The translations under genes were made by a program, and so were the position numbers. A stretch of DNA of 64,000 bases from Octopus sinensis (lineage: Eukaryota): positions 25,854,001 to 25,918,000 of the forward strand of contig NC_043014.1 in NCBI RefSeq assembly GCF_006345805.1. Direction: 5' to 3'. Positions within the stretch are counted from its first letter, which is position 1, and every line of letters starts with the position of its first letter. The notes under the pieces are model-generated. The model saw only the letters and a list, made by a program, of their open reading frames with translations, had not been told where the DNA came from and did not search any database. This document shows positions 38,135 to 51,364 of the stretch, piece after piece.

Positions 38135-40980
38135 ATTTCTTACCAATAGAGAAAGATTCGGTTTCTAACGTAGATCCAAGGCTCCTTCATTGGAATTTGA
38201 ACATCAACAACAAGGTATTTTTGTGTTTATATACGTGCAGATTTGTATGTTTTCCTTTACGTATGACATCTCATGCATATATTAGCATATCTAGACATGC
38301 TCATATATACTTAAATTATAATTTCTGGAAGGTTTTACAGAATTTTACAGTTCCAGTGATGGTTTTGAGAAGCCTAATTTCTCAAGATTGGAATTTATGC
38401 AGTGTGTTACATATTCCAGTGCCCCAAGGTATAAACCTGAACTTGTAATCTACAGCATTCTCAATAGTTCAGCGTAGGTATTCTTTTTTTCACTGATCTT
38501 CAGCCTTATGCTAACATCCGCCGGGCAGCTGATTTCTACAACTGTACACAGTTTCTCTTTATCCCAAATCATTATATCAGGTTTATTGATTACATTATAT
38601 TGAGGTTTCCATTGGGACATTCCACCAGCACTCCCTTTTATTATGAGTGCCTATGGCGTCCGCCATACTGTGGGTTCTTATTTTTTTGTCCTCGGGATTA
38701 TCCTTTCGACGGACCTCGTTATACAGTGACCTAGCTACAACACCATGTCTCATTGATAGATAATAAACAATTTTGGCTGCTGCTTATGATGTTGGTGATA
38801 TCTCCGGTGTTGAATCTGCAAAGTCTACATCGGTTGTCACATTTTACTGCTTTTACTGCCTCTCTGTTTCTTTTGGTTGATATTCTTGTTCCTGGATTGC
38901 AAACGCATACCCTTCAATGTGGGAGATAGTAATCCGGCTGTTGGTGCATGATAGACTGTTTTGATGATCAATGTTACTATCAACCCTGAGCTTTCTACTA
39001 ACATATCTACACATATATGCTCATCCTTTCATCTGATGATATGTTGCGGTTGAGTCTTGCGACTTATTTGGGCATGTATTGTAGGTTGTCAGGCAAGGAA
39101 TGCTGCTCAAGGAGCTGCCTTCCAAGTCTTATGATGTTATCAGCCTCATGTATGCAAACTTAGTGAAGGGATGCACTTCGACATTTAGCGGTTAAAAGAT
39201 GTTGCCGAAGGGATGTGATACGGTATTCAAGGAATTTTAGATTGATGTCAAGCTTCTGCCGCCTTGTTTTCGTTTTAGGTAGAGGCAGTCTGCGTTACTG
39301 TTAATGTGGAAATTGTGTGTGCTTGTTAGTATTTTCCGGGTTTCCACATCAATGGTTCGGATCTCATCAAGCGTCCAACCAAGCAGCCCAAATGTTGGTA
39401 AGAGTACTGGCACTGCAAACACATTGTGGGCTACTGTTTTATTGAAAGCATAGAGTTCTGAGGTCCAAATTTTCTTTATTCGGCTGTAATATTCTTTAGT
39501 GACACGCGTTTTGTTTCAGATGCCGTTGTAAGATATGTTTTCATCCACCCCTAGATACCCGCAACATTCCTCATCAGATATAGCGGAAACAATCAAGTTG
39601 TTGATGGAGATGCTGCTTGTCTGATGTACAGTTTCTTCCTTTTCCCAACCATACAACAACATTTATTCTGACCAAACTCAAACCCTATCTCCTTTGAGAA
39701 TGTTGTGACCAGGCCAAGGCTCTTTTTCATCCCATGCATATTCTTACATAAAGTTTCAAGTGTGTAATTTTGATATTTCTGTTTCCTAAGCATGTATGTC
39801 ATACTTCAGTTTGTTTCAAGATTTCTTACCAATAGAGAAAGAATCGGTTTCTAACCTAGATCCAAGGCTCCTTCATTGGAGTTTCAACATCAACAACAAG
39901 GTATTTTTGTATGTATTTATGTATGTATGTATGTATGTATGTATGTATGTATGTATGTATGTATGTATGTTGTGCAGATTTGTATGTTTTATGTATGCAT
40001 TTTCATGCATATAGTTGCATATCTAGGCATGATCATATATACTTAAATGATAACCTTCTGGAAAGTTTTACAGTTCCAGTGATGGATTAGATCTGTAGTC
40101 TTCGAATTAGCTCCCTCCTTTCTGGTTTTGAGAAGGTTAATTTCTCAAGATTGGTATTTAGGCAGTGTGTTACATATCTCAGGGCCCCAATTATTACAGG
40201 TATAAACCTGAACTTGTAGTCCGGATAGAGTAACTGCAGATTTCTCAATAGTTCAACATAGGTGTTCTCTTACCGGTCTCCAGCTTTATGTTAGCATCCG
40301 CTGAGCAGCTAATTTCTACAAATGTGCACAGTTTCTTTTCTCCATCCCAAATCATTATATCAAGTCTGTTGTGCTTACATTTTATTGAGGTCTTCACCAG
40401 TATATTCCACCAGCATTCCTTATTATTATGAGTGGCTATGGATTCTACTATATCGTGGGTTCTTATTTTTTGTTCTCAGGATTATCCTTCCGACAGATTT
40501 CATTATAGAGTCTCCTATATCTCATCGGTAGATCGTGGTGACATTTTCGGACAACTGCTTATGATGTGTGTGATATCTTCAGTGTGAACTCCACAAAGTC
40601 TGCATCGGCTGTCACATTTAATGGCTTTCCTTGCATCTCTATTCCTTTTGTGCATCAAGTACTTGGTTGATATTTCCTGTTCCTGGATTGCAAACACATA
40701 CTCTTCAATGTGGGAGGTTCTCATCCGGGAGGTCCATGATAAACTGCTTTGATATTCAATGTTACTATCATCACGGAGCTTTCTGCTGACATATCCAGGC
40801 ATAGTCTTCTGCTCATATAGGCGCATTCTTTCATCTGAAGATACGTTGTGGTAGAGTCGTGTGACTTCTTTGGGTATATATTCTAGGTTATCATACAAAG
40901 AGTGTTGCTCAAGGAGCTGCTTTCCAAATCTTATGATGTTATCGACCTCATGTATGCAAACTCGGTCAAGGGATACACTA
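38135..40980 (-). mobile_element. Two head-to-tail REL-type (R4/Dong-like) retrotransposon fragments (38135-39785; 39815-40980)
   Basis: Duplicated 3' end gatttcttaccaatagagaaaga…. CRLCG…THIISSC zinc finger. RT remnant in the left copy. Confidence 0.78.
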
Positions 40981-41567
40981 TGTATGTATGTATATGTATG
41001 CATGTATGCATGTATGTATGTATGTATGTATGTATGTATGTATGTATGTATGTATGTATGTATGTATGTATGTATGTATGTATGTATGTATGTATGTATG
41101 CATGTAGGTATGTGTGTATGTATGTATGCGTGAAGGAACGTGGCTCACTGGTTAGGGTGCTGAATTCACGGTCTATATTTCTGGACACGAGTTTGGAACC
41201 ATGGTATGGATACAATAATTGCTTATTAAACGCACATACACACAAACACACACACATACAGACACACACAGACACAAACAGACAGACCCCCCCACATACA
41301 CGCATAGAAATGCGCTTATATATAGACTTTCACTGTTACTAAAGAAATAACGAAAACATAAATAAAAAAGAACTATATACATAAATACAAACACTACTAA
41401 AAAATATGAGAAAGGTGACTGTGTCTGAGCAGTATTTCCATTAATTAAACACGGTTTAAATCGTTCCTCACCATATTTATGTATTTTAAAGTAATTGATT
41501 AGTAGATTAATCACGTAAATTTTATTTTTTATCACTGCTTCATTCCGTCTCTTTTTCTCTCTCTCAC

Positions 41568-41611
<44 letters not shown>

Positions 41612-41707
41612 TGTACGTGCGTCCTTATATATGTATTCTGGTAAATCTCTCTCTTTCTCTCCCTGTATACATACATACATACATACATATATATAGTATA
41701 ATATGTA

Positions 41708-41739
<32 letters not shown>

Positions 41740-42375
41740 GTATAATATGTAATATATATATATACATGTATGTATGTATGTATGTATATTGGATACATAT
41801 ATTAAATATATGCTTTAGCATTTGTATATAAATACAGGCTCATGAACAAACTGGTATGATATCTGTATGTTAGTTTGTATGTCTATTTGGCGCTTTCTTT
41901 CATTCTCTTTCTCTAACGCACTCACACACACACACACATATATATGCATATACATGTGTGTGTAGAATATATTTCTTGGTTGCTTTCCTGGAGTTGCTCA
42001 TTTTGCACATTCCACTTAAACACGCGGTAGAAAATGTGCTGTCAAGCTTAGGCATAGAACATTATATTAGGAAAAATAGACACTCAGAAGTCGCAAGAAA
42101 CAAGAAGGAAGATTCGTTGTTGAAGAAGAAGGAGGAGGAGGAAGGGGAGGAAAAGGAAGGAGGAGGCGGAGGAGAAGAAGAATAAGAAAGAGGAGAGGAA
42201 GAAAACAAATAAAGGAACAAAGAATAGAAAGCGAACTTACTTTAAATGAAGAAGTAATGAAAGGAAGAAAGGCTATCAGGAATACTCGATGAAAAAAACA
42301 ACAAAATAAAAAGAAATTAGCCATACAATATCTATTTTGCTAAAGTATTTTTTTAAAGAAAAAGAAAAGAATAGG

Positions 42376-42493
42376 ATGGTGTGGTTTCGAGGAAAGTTAA
42401 GTTTGATCCTTTGTAGCCTGCAAGGTACCTTCATAGCGATCTATGCATTGTATATGGAACACACAGATGTCGAAAGTGAATTTTCCTATGCAG
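42376..42493 (+). CDS. Rh-type ammonia transporter exon 1 (MVWFRGKLSLILCSLQGTFIAIYALYMEHTDVESEFSYA)
   Basis: ATG, hydrophobic TM0-like segment, phase-1 donor g|gtaagc matching exon 2. Confidence 0.8.
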
Positions 42494-42864
42494 GTAAGCT
42501 GAATGAACTATTCGCAATATGTACCTGTTAATTTATGACCTACTCCTATCTCATTGACTTTTCTTCCCCAAAATACAAGGCCTCATATAACTTAGTCAAC
42601 CCCACCCCTCTTCACATTAAAGTCCTCTGGAAAGTCATGAACGCCACAACTTCCTATTCTGCTGCTGATTTATGTCATTGGGCATGCTGGGGAATAGCCT
42701 TCATTAATATGAATCCCACTGTTTGTCGAAAGGCAATTTATCTTGTGGTATTGTGGTATTGACTCCTCTTTTGGAGTCAATAACAAGAAATTTAGACGGA
42801 TATAGTCACTCACATCTACATCTATGGATGTACCTCTCTCTCCCTCCCTCCCTCACTTGGTATG

Positions 42865-42896
<32 letters not shown>

Positions 42897-43219
42897 CCTA
42901 CCTACCTACCACCAGAGGGAGAACTTCTGCCGACATATTTCAATCTGAAAGTAATGGTTAGGGTGAGATTAAAACATTCTCTAAGCTGTAGCACATTAGT
43001 ATCGTAATCAAAGAACGAGCTTCTTAACCATGCAATCACCACTATCTCCAGTTTTTCATAAAATGTCCGTCATTGCATCTTAGAACAAAGTTTTAAAAAA
43101 TCGAGGACAGTTATATCTTAATGTATTTTTAAAATTAAACATCAGTTATGAAATTGTCAGAAGAAAAACAAATATTAAAACTCAGACTGATTGTATTTTT
43201 GTTGTTGTTTTCCTGACAG

Positions 43220-43412
43220 TTTTTCAAGATGTCCAAGGACTGCTTTATTTGGGTATCGGTTTCTTGCTGACTTTTCTGAAGCGACATGCCTTTTCCGGGA
43301 TCAGCTTTAACTTACTCGCAACTGCCCTAGGTGTCCAATGGGCCTGGATTGTTCAAGGGTTCGTTGGTCCCGAAGGCGTAGTTAGTAACAAAATTAAGAT
43401 GGATTACTCTAC
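43220..43412 (+). CDS. Rh-type ammonia transporter exon 2 (FQDVQGLLYLGIGFLLTFLKRHAFSGISFN…)
   Basis: Acceptor tttcctgacag, donor ac|gtaagt. Resembles the Rh motif FQDVHVMxFxGFGFLMTFL. Confidence 0.92.
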
Positions 43413-43984
43413 GTAAGTTATTTTTATATATTTTCGAAGTTGAAAATCTATCAAAAGCTCTTTTTTGGCCTGGTATCCTCGGCAACACTTTGACTACGTA
43501 CCCAGGCAATGTCTTTGTTGGGATCCATGCTATATCCCCGCTAAATACCCAGTTATTAACTTTGTTAAGTATCTGGCCAATATCCAGCAATATTTTCTTT
43601 AAATACTTCACATCTCTGAAACTAAAATATCTGTATCTTAATGTAAGTAGATGACAATAAATACATAGCTTTGTTTTTGTAATTGTTATTATTGCTGTAG
43701 TTGCTGTTGTTGTTTTTAGATCCGGGTCAGCTTTTATCGAAAAGAACTATGACACTCAGGTTGTCGACCGAATACATTGTGCCTATAATAGAAAGGGTTA
43801 TTGTTATTATAACTATTACGTTTTGGTGACAACTTTAGGAAACTTTCCTAGGATTGTTGAGGAATACATAATCACACTTTTCTACAGGTCTTCAATCCGA
43901 GTTTCAGTTCCAATGTCCTTCAATCTCTTAGGTAGCAGTTTGGTTAATGTGCCAACTGCATAATTACCGCAAGATTAATTGTCT

Positions 43985-45488
43985 CCGTGGCGTGGTGGTG
44001 CTGCCGAAAAAGGACCCGGACAAGGGGGAACCAAGTAGATAATTTTAGGCCCATAACTCTACTAAACGCAGATTATAAGATTTTGGCCAAGGTTTTAGCC
44101 AAGAGGTTGGCGTTTTTTGCCGGTGAGCTGGTCGGTAACGCGCAGGCATGATCTATTTCGAACAGATCTATCCACAAAAACCTCCACACTACGCGCTACA
44201 TCATAGAGAGGGCAAGGAAGGTACTTGGCATGGGTGGGGCTCTGATCAATTTGGATCATTCAAAAGCATTTCACAGGGTCGACCATCAATACTTGGAGGC
44301 TATCCTCGCGGCGGCCGGGTTCGGTCTCGTTTTCAGAGGCTGGAACGCTACAATGTATAGTGGCACCTGTTCGGTAGTCAAAGTAAACAGCTATGTATAC
44401 TAATCGTTTAGCATCACTCGCTCGGTCTTAAAGGATGCCCACTCTCTCCCTCAAGGATGCCCAGTGTCTCGAGCCATTACTGAGGAAGTTGGATATTTCG
44501 AGGGACATCCCGCTTAATCTAGAATGCAGGAGGTTCACGTAGGCTTATGCGGACGACGTCACCATAATAGTGTCGGACAGCTCGGAAATCGAGTTAATCG
44601 GCTCTACCTTAAAGGAGTACGAAGCGGTAACACGAGCAAAAATTAATCAGGACCTCCAGGTGGACAAGAACTGGGGAAAGGTGACGAGCAGAGTACCCAA
44701 TCTCACTAGAAATGGGCAGAGAGGAAGCTGTCCTTGAAAGGTCGGGCAGAGGTGGCGAATTCGTACATTGCTTTCGTCTTCTATTACCGCCTGATCGTCG
44801 TCCCTTGTCTTGCTTCATGGCCGACCAAGCTGGAGCGCTTGCTTTTCACATTTTCGTGGAAGAGACGTGTTGTTTCCGTCAGACGGTCCATGTGCTGTCA
44901 ACAGCCGCTGAACGGAGGACTGGACATGCCGTGACTAATGATGTGCAGTCTTACGCTGAGGCTACATCTCCAGCATTTTCTTATCAGTGAACAGGTGTGG
45001 GCGTCGTATGTCAAGCAAAATTTTTCTCATTGATGGAGCTACAGTCCTGGATCAAACGTAGAAAGGGTGCCTGACACCTGGAATGTCAGCGAGCGCTCAC
45101 AGCTTTCTGCCAGTCGGGCAACGCGGTCGGTGGAAGTGCCACTATAGAATCCTATAAGGGATTTAGTGACGAGCAAGAACGACGACGTCCTTGGGGAAAC
45201 ACTGGGTGTCGGAAGGGATCAATTAACCAGTATTTTCCGGAGGACTTTTGGGCCGAGGCTTATGGATAACTTCCAGAAATCTCTTGCTTGGCAGTCGGAA
45301 CAACCAGATTGTGTGGAGTTCTGTGGTAGTCTCTGTAAATAACTCCCCACCACCTTTTGGGGGAATTTTTATCGTTTAATTGTTTTGTTATTCGCTTTTT
45401 GTTACCTATTTTATACACGGCATTGTTCAACACCCCACTTGTCCCTTGTATTGTATTGTCTCTATTTGCTTTGTGGCCAATAAAAGAA

Positions 45489-45526
<38 letters not shown>
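43985..45526 (+). mobile_element. Tx1/L1-clade LINE remnant (RT to 3' end) with (TTA)n tail, in Rh intron 2
   Basis: NFRPITLLNADYKILAK, KAFHRVDH, AYADDV and KLSLKGRAEVAN motifs. 3' end ttgtggccaataa. Confidence 0.88.
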
Positions 45527-45539
45527 CTGTGATTCCTAG

Positions 45540-45690
45540 TTTAGTAGACGGAGATTTTGCCGTGGCCAACGTTTTAATATCATACTGTGCCGTTTTTGGT
45601 AAAATTAGCCACATACAATTGGTTGTGATGACAATTGTGGAAATTCTAGTGGCTGAACTGAATGAATTCGTTGGAATACATATTTTAAAA
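45540..45690 (+). CDS. Rh-type ammonia transporter exon 3 (LVDGDFAVANVLISYCAVFGKISHIQLVVMTIVEI…ILK)
   Basis: Acceptor gattcctag, donor aaa|gtaggt. Phase 2 to phase 0. Variants of the ADF and GAVLGK motifs. Confidence 0.92.
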
Positions 45691-46884
45691 GTAGGTATTG
45701 CTTTTTATTGTAAGTTTCTTTTTTCCTTTCTTTTTTCTTAATTGTGTAGGTTTGGTTTTTGAGAAGTTCTGTGGGTTGTTACTATTGTTGTGCACATTAT
45801 CTGAATCATATGTAGTTTGAAGGAAGATGGTGGAAGACATGTGGACTTATGAAAGACAGGAGGCGGGTTGATGGGAGAAGACGGTGGTGTCTCTTGTGGA
45901 ACAGCTATGATTACTCTAGGTTACTGGTTTTATTGATGAACAAATTTCTCTAGAATATTGAAAGGTTTCTCTATCTGATACAAGACATAGATTTTTCCTT
46001 TTTATTTAATCCTTAATTATAACTTAGAGATAAATCGACTCCGATTATATCATAGCATATATGCAAGCATATAAAACTTTTAACCATAACCGCCTCCTGA
46101 AATAGGGGTTCGTATAAAATGTGAACTATCAATTTTGTTGTATGCGGTAAAAATTTAATATAGATGATTGATGATTCGAAATCAGAACATTAAAAGACGT
46201 AACAAAAATCAAAAAGTATTTTGTCTGATTTCTGTACTGATTCTGACAACGCTATCATGGATGATGCTTAAGCATGATTTCCTACTCCAAAAATAGGTCC
46301 TTCGTCTTATACTCCAAGCATAAAACCCAAACCATATAGGGTGGTACGTTAATCCTGACCTTGATAAGTACTAACACGTCTTGTAAACCCTAATAAGTTT
46401 TTGGAAGGATGCAGTCGATTAAAATCAACTTCAATACTTGACTGGTACTTCATTTTATCGACCACAAAAGAGGAAAAGCAAAGTTGACCTCGGCGGGATC
46501 TGATCTTAGAAATATAACGACCCGGAATACCACACGACATTCTGTAAATCCGCTGATCATTTCTTTTTTTGCGAGAGGAGCGACTGATAATGGTGTTGAT
46601 ATACTGAAGATTTGTAACACTGGAGCAAGTTAAGGTGTGGGAATGAGTGCCTCCGCTTTAATCGATTTCAGTATTTGATTGGGAGACGTTCATTATATCA
46701 AAAACGGAAGGTTGAAAACCCCTCTCAATACCAGTGTTATTTCAGTTCAGAATGTTAATGATTTGGCATGGTTTTGTTTAAGAAAATAGTAGACACTTGC
46801 AATAACCATGCTTATCAGTTTAAAAAGTTCATTTAAGGAAGTGTTGATAACTGAGTCAATCTTTTTACTCTCTGATATTAACAG

Positions 46885-47029
46885 GCTCTTGATTCAGGTG
46901 ATGCAATTTACATACATCTCTTCTCTGCCTTTTTCGGATTGTCTGTGAGCAGAGTTCTCTACAAGAAAGAAATTCAAGAATCTTCCAAAGAAACCAGTGA
47001 TTATAATTCAGACATTTTCGCACTGTTAG
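46885..47029 (+). CDS. Rh-type ammonia transporter exon 4 (ALDSGDAIYIHLFSAFFGL…YNSDIFALLG)
   Basis: Acceptor gatattaacag, donor g|gtaagt. 145 nt. First pore His in IHLF, and an SDIF motif. Not in the ORF track. Confidence 0.92.
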
Positions 47030-47399
47030 GTAAGTCTAGGTGTTTTCATATTTGCAATTACTGGTTTTGAATGGAAGAACCATGTTTATATAATGTATAA
47101 TATAATATTATGACAACACCCTAACCACTAGGCGCATGGCCTAGTGGTTAGGGTGTTGCACTCACGATCGCATGATCGTGGTTTCAATTCCTAGACAGGG
47201 TGGTGCGCTGTATTCGTGAGCAAACCACTTCATATCACATTGGTCTTCGGTCACTTCGACACCTGACGCGTGGTACATATATTTGATCACAATCAACAAA
47301 TCATTTGTGCAGGTCGTTCGGCAAAAGCTGAACGCACATACGTCGTCTTCGACGGGAGAGTCCATCATATATGCATATTTACTCTCTCTCTCTCTCTCA

Positions 47400-47451
<52 letters not shown>

Positions 47452-47459
47452 TTTTTTAG

Positions 47460-48045
47460 ACATGCCCATAGTCACTGGGACAACTACTGTCAGTAGTTAC
47501 GCCGATGATACAAAATTATCACAGGCAATAAAAAAATCTAGATGACGTTGCAAGCTTACAGCGGGATCTGAATGCAATATACAAGTGAGCTGAAGAAAAC
47601 AACAGGCAGTTGAATGCTGGAAATTTTCAAACACGGCACTATCAACTCACGAATGCTGTGCAGCCTACATGTACAGGACTCGAAGGCACTGCAATTCCAG
47701 AGTCACAGGTAATGAAAGATTTGCGGATCAGTATGTGCAATAATGCATCATTTCGTGTGCATATTACCAAGATGACAGCAGAGTGCAGACAACTGGCAGC
47801 TTGGATACTAAGGCCCTTCAGGACCAAACAACCAAGAAGTTGTTGACACTCTGGAGGATCTTTGTTCTTAATCGCCTGGACTACTACTCTCAGCTATGGT
47901 CACCACATAGTGCCAAACTAACAGCGGAGCTTGAAGAAGTTTCAACGTCACTATATTAAAAAGATTGAAACAGTGCAGTGGATGAGCTACAGAAAGAGAC
48001 TGAAAAGACTGCAACTTTACTTCCTGGAGCGAAGGCACGACATAT
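47460..48045 (+). mobile_element. CR1/L2-type LINE RT C-terminal remnant
   Basis: SSYADDTKL … LQRDLNAIY…W motifs. Confidence 0.75.
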
Positions 48046-48059
48046 CTTTGTGACGTGTT

Positions 48060-48710
48060 TTAAAGGCGAATTCACTGCAGAAAAAGTTCTCTCTTACGGT
48101 AAAAGGTGTAAAATCACCATGTCTATCCAAGGATTCCCTCTAGTGGAATCTCTGACGTGCGTTTCTGGATCTTTGGCCTTCCTCAGTGGGAAATACCAAA
48201 GAGAGATAACCCTCGGCGGATTCAAAGCGGTAACTTTATCCAAAAACAATCCACATCAGTGGCTGAGTTGCGCTCGTGAACCGCCTGGTCGGAATAAAGA
48301 AGGTTAAAGAGCCAGAAACGAGCGTCTGGGAATCTGCTTGTTATAACACCTTTTACTATGAGAGAAATTTTCCCCCACAGTAACTGCAGTGAATTTGCCT
48401 TTAGATGTTAAAATATGTTACAAACATATTTTAACTAACCTAAAATTCATTTGGTTCAAATGCTGCTATTTTTATTTAGGCCGGGTAACCTACGAGTAGA
48501 TAAAGCTATGGCTGTGAATCTGCCCAGGTTATCTCTTTTCGCTATTTCCCATTGAGGAAGATTAAAGAGCCAGAAACGCGCGTCTGGGAATCCGCAAGAA
48601 GGAAATCCTGGGCAAATATAGTATTTCTACACCTTTTACCATAAGAATGAGTTTTTTCTCCACTGTAGCCGCGCAGAATTTGCTTTTAGAAGTTAAAATA
48701 TGTCAGCACA
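48060..48710. repeat. ~258-bp direct repeat plus an inverted copy, each with a hammerhead-like motif
   Basis: gccagaaacg occurs at 48311 and 48569. The inverted copy spans ~48060-48240. Confidence 0.75.
48546..48590 (+). ncRNA. Candidate type I hammerhead ribozyme (degenerate copy); also 48148-48192 on - and partial 48299-48332
   Basis: ttccca-(t)TGAGGA-…gagcc-a-GAAA-cgcgcg-TC-tgggaa. The minus copy has an intact CTGAGGA. Confidence 0.55.
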
Positions 48711-49258
48711 TGTATAGAGATATAATGCTAAAAAGCACAGAAGTATATCAGTAGCAGACGAAAGCTATCCAGCGGTGGTGTTGCTAAATCCAGATTTCCG
48801 GCTTTTTGCGACAGGCTAAATTTTTCTAAGCTTGCCGATCCTGGTGCATGTTTGTTACTGATGACGCTAGTGGATGGTTGCAACTCAGATCTGTCATATT
48901 AGTATTTCTTCTTGAATGATGTGCTATAAACTATTGCTATGTCTTCAACCATCTCCCTTATTGGACAGATAATTGAATATAACTTCTGTCCACCATTTCT
49001 ATCAATTTTGATCAATGGATACATTCTTTTTCTGCTCTGTATATTTTCCTCATATTTTTTCTGTTCAAAACTTTTCTATCTACCGTAATGTCTTGACAAA
49101 TAGGAAGTTTCTATTTGCAGCTCTCTGCAATTAATCAAATCTTCCACAATTCATATTGGATGTAATCCTACGAACATTGTGTCTCAATAAAAGATACAGT
49201 TGTTAGGTCTGGAATTCTTTTGATTATAGATTTGTTTCATTCGGACCGAGGTGGATCT

Positions 49259-50158
49259 GCGTAGTGCGTTCCAGAAGTATTCAGACTTTTTTCGGAGATG
49301 CAGTTATAACTGTCTTAGATTAATGTAATTTTAGTATAACATAACAATACATCTAATGGTAATTCCAGATTGAAGGACACGCTTGTAACAGCACTTTGAG
49401 CACACCCTACTACCACTGCTTATCGCAGCTGATAGCTTGCAGAATGCAGTTAGAACATGTAGACAATTTGGAAGCTCTTTCTGCAATAAGATTTTGTGTT
49501 AAAGTGAGCAAAAACGATGCAGAAACATATGAAATGCTCCAGACCGCTTATGGATTAACATGCATTTGTAGCGTCTGGTTTTCGCTAGCACAAAAGACTC
49601 AAAGGACGGTAGAGTGGAAATGAGAGATGGTGAGAGGTGAGAGAGGTAGAGGTTCATCAGAACATCAGAGCTGGTTGAGAAAATTCGCCGCTTTCTGCAC
49701 GAAGACCGTCGTGTGTTTATAAAGACAATAAGTATATAGTCTGGATTTGTGGTAACTGTAAACAGAATTATTCACGAAAGTCTGAACATGCGCAAAGTTT
49801 GTTCCCAGAGTGCTCAGTGACGAGCATCCTAGTAACCTACTGCTTGACAAAGATGGTGATTATAACTGCCCCTCACTCTCCCTATGGTCTAGACCTTGCT
49901 CCTTGTAACTTTTGGTTGTTCTCTAAGTTGCAGCAGAACCTCAGAGGCAATCGTTTTGAAGATGAAGAATGCTGTGAGAAGGGTCCTTGTCATCATCACT
50001 TTGTAGTACTTTCATGGGATCTTTACGAAGTAGATGGAGAAGTTCAACACGTGCATTGAAATCACAGAATCCTACTCTGAAGATCAGATATTTGCATTTC
50101 TTTGAAATAAATACATCTCTCCTGAAAAAGTCTGAAAACTACTAGAATGCACCCTCTA
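49259..50158 (+). mobile_element. Internally deleted mariner element with TIRs
   Basis: Imperfect TIRs (…ttcagactttt / aaaaagtctgaa…). AIRFCVK…ETYEMLQTAYG and PYGLDLAPCNFWLF motifs. Confidence 0.8.
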
Positions 50159-51217
50159 AACAACAACAATTATTATGTTTAAATGTCTAGACCAAAGTTT
50201 GTAATGAGTTCTTTGTAAGATCACAGAGCCTCAAGTAAGTGGTATTAAGTGTCCGCAGGGATATAACGAAACACACGTAGCGGCAAAAATACTGCATTAG
50301 TTCAATAAACTTTCGTCGTCAATAATATACTAGCAAGACACGTGGAAATACCACATTTTATAAATTTAGTTATCAGAATTTATAAATCTTTGTAACTTTG
50401 TTTTACTTTGATTATGTCTTTAATTTCGTTCTGTAGGTAAGCTTGGCGTAACACTTGAGCACATATCGTACATAAGCAGAACAATATAAACAATAATCTT
50501 TTATAAACTTATCTCACAACCAGTAGTTTAGCGACAATCGTTCTGTCCTTCGGTTCCCCACCTGATGCGCAGTTTATTCTTCAAGTCATCCGATGTTGCA
50601 AGTAATACAATACCCAACAACTTAACAATGCTACAGGAAGCACACAAGCACCTTTGTGTCACTATCCTATTTGCTAGAAATAGTGTCAAAGTCTCTCGCA
50701 AATTACATTTTTTCGTTTTAAAGAAAGATAGAATGGCTTGGAACGCATTTAGGTCTGAAGCTGAGGATAAAACATAACAAAGGCGACAGCGTCGACGACA
50801 TATCACATTAAGGTTCATTACAAAAACAGTATTTATAAATGTATTCATTGATCATTATTACCTTGTACACGTAAGCGAAAGCAGGGTATTGTAATCACTT
50901 GTCTGTGCGTTTGCAAAATTACTGGAAAACGGCTGAAATCAGCAAATTTGGTAGAAGTACTTAATGGTTGAGTGGCTCGAAATGATGAAAATTTGGTTTA
51001 ATTATCAAACATATATGACTGCATGCTTAGATATGCGACTGTGTGTGTATGCGTGTGTGTGTACAGTGATGGATTCGAGGGTTTCGTTTATTTACGAGTT
51101 ACTTTCTTAATTTCACCAGAATATAAATGCCTACGATGGTGATACTTAAAAAAAATTGAACTTTCAAAGTTCCCGATAAGCATGTGATGATATCATTTAT
51201 AACCTAATAGCATTAAA

Positions 51218-51246
51218 GACCCGTCGTTGCCGGGTCATAGTGCTAG
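51218..51246 (+). mobile_element. Helitron-like 3' terminus
   Basis: Hairpin gacccg…cgggtc, followed 6 nt later by CTAG and then T. Confidence 0.55.
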
Positions 51247-51364
51247 TGCATGTATATATGTGTATATATATGTGTACATATTACATGTACATCTATATAT
51301 ATACATCTACACATAAAATACAAAATACAAAGTTATATCTTGATATCGCTAGTGATAACAATAC

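Noticed and set aside
50528-50848. 106-aa minus ORF as a Merlin/IS1595-like transposase N-terminus or a host exon
   Set aside because: Only a loose CxxC resemblance, with no DDE motifs, TIRs or convincing splice sites.
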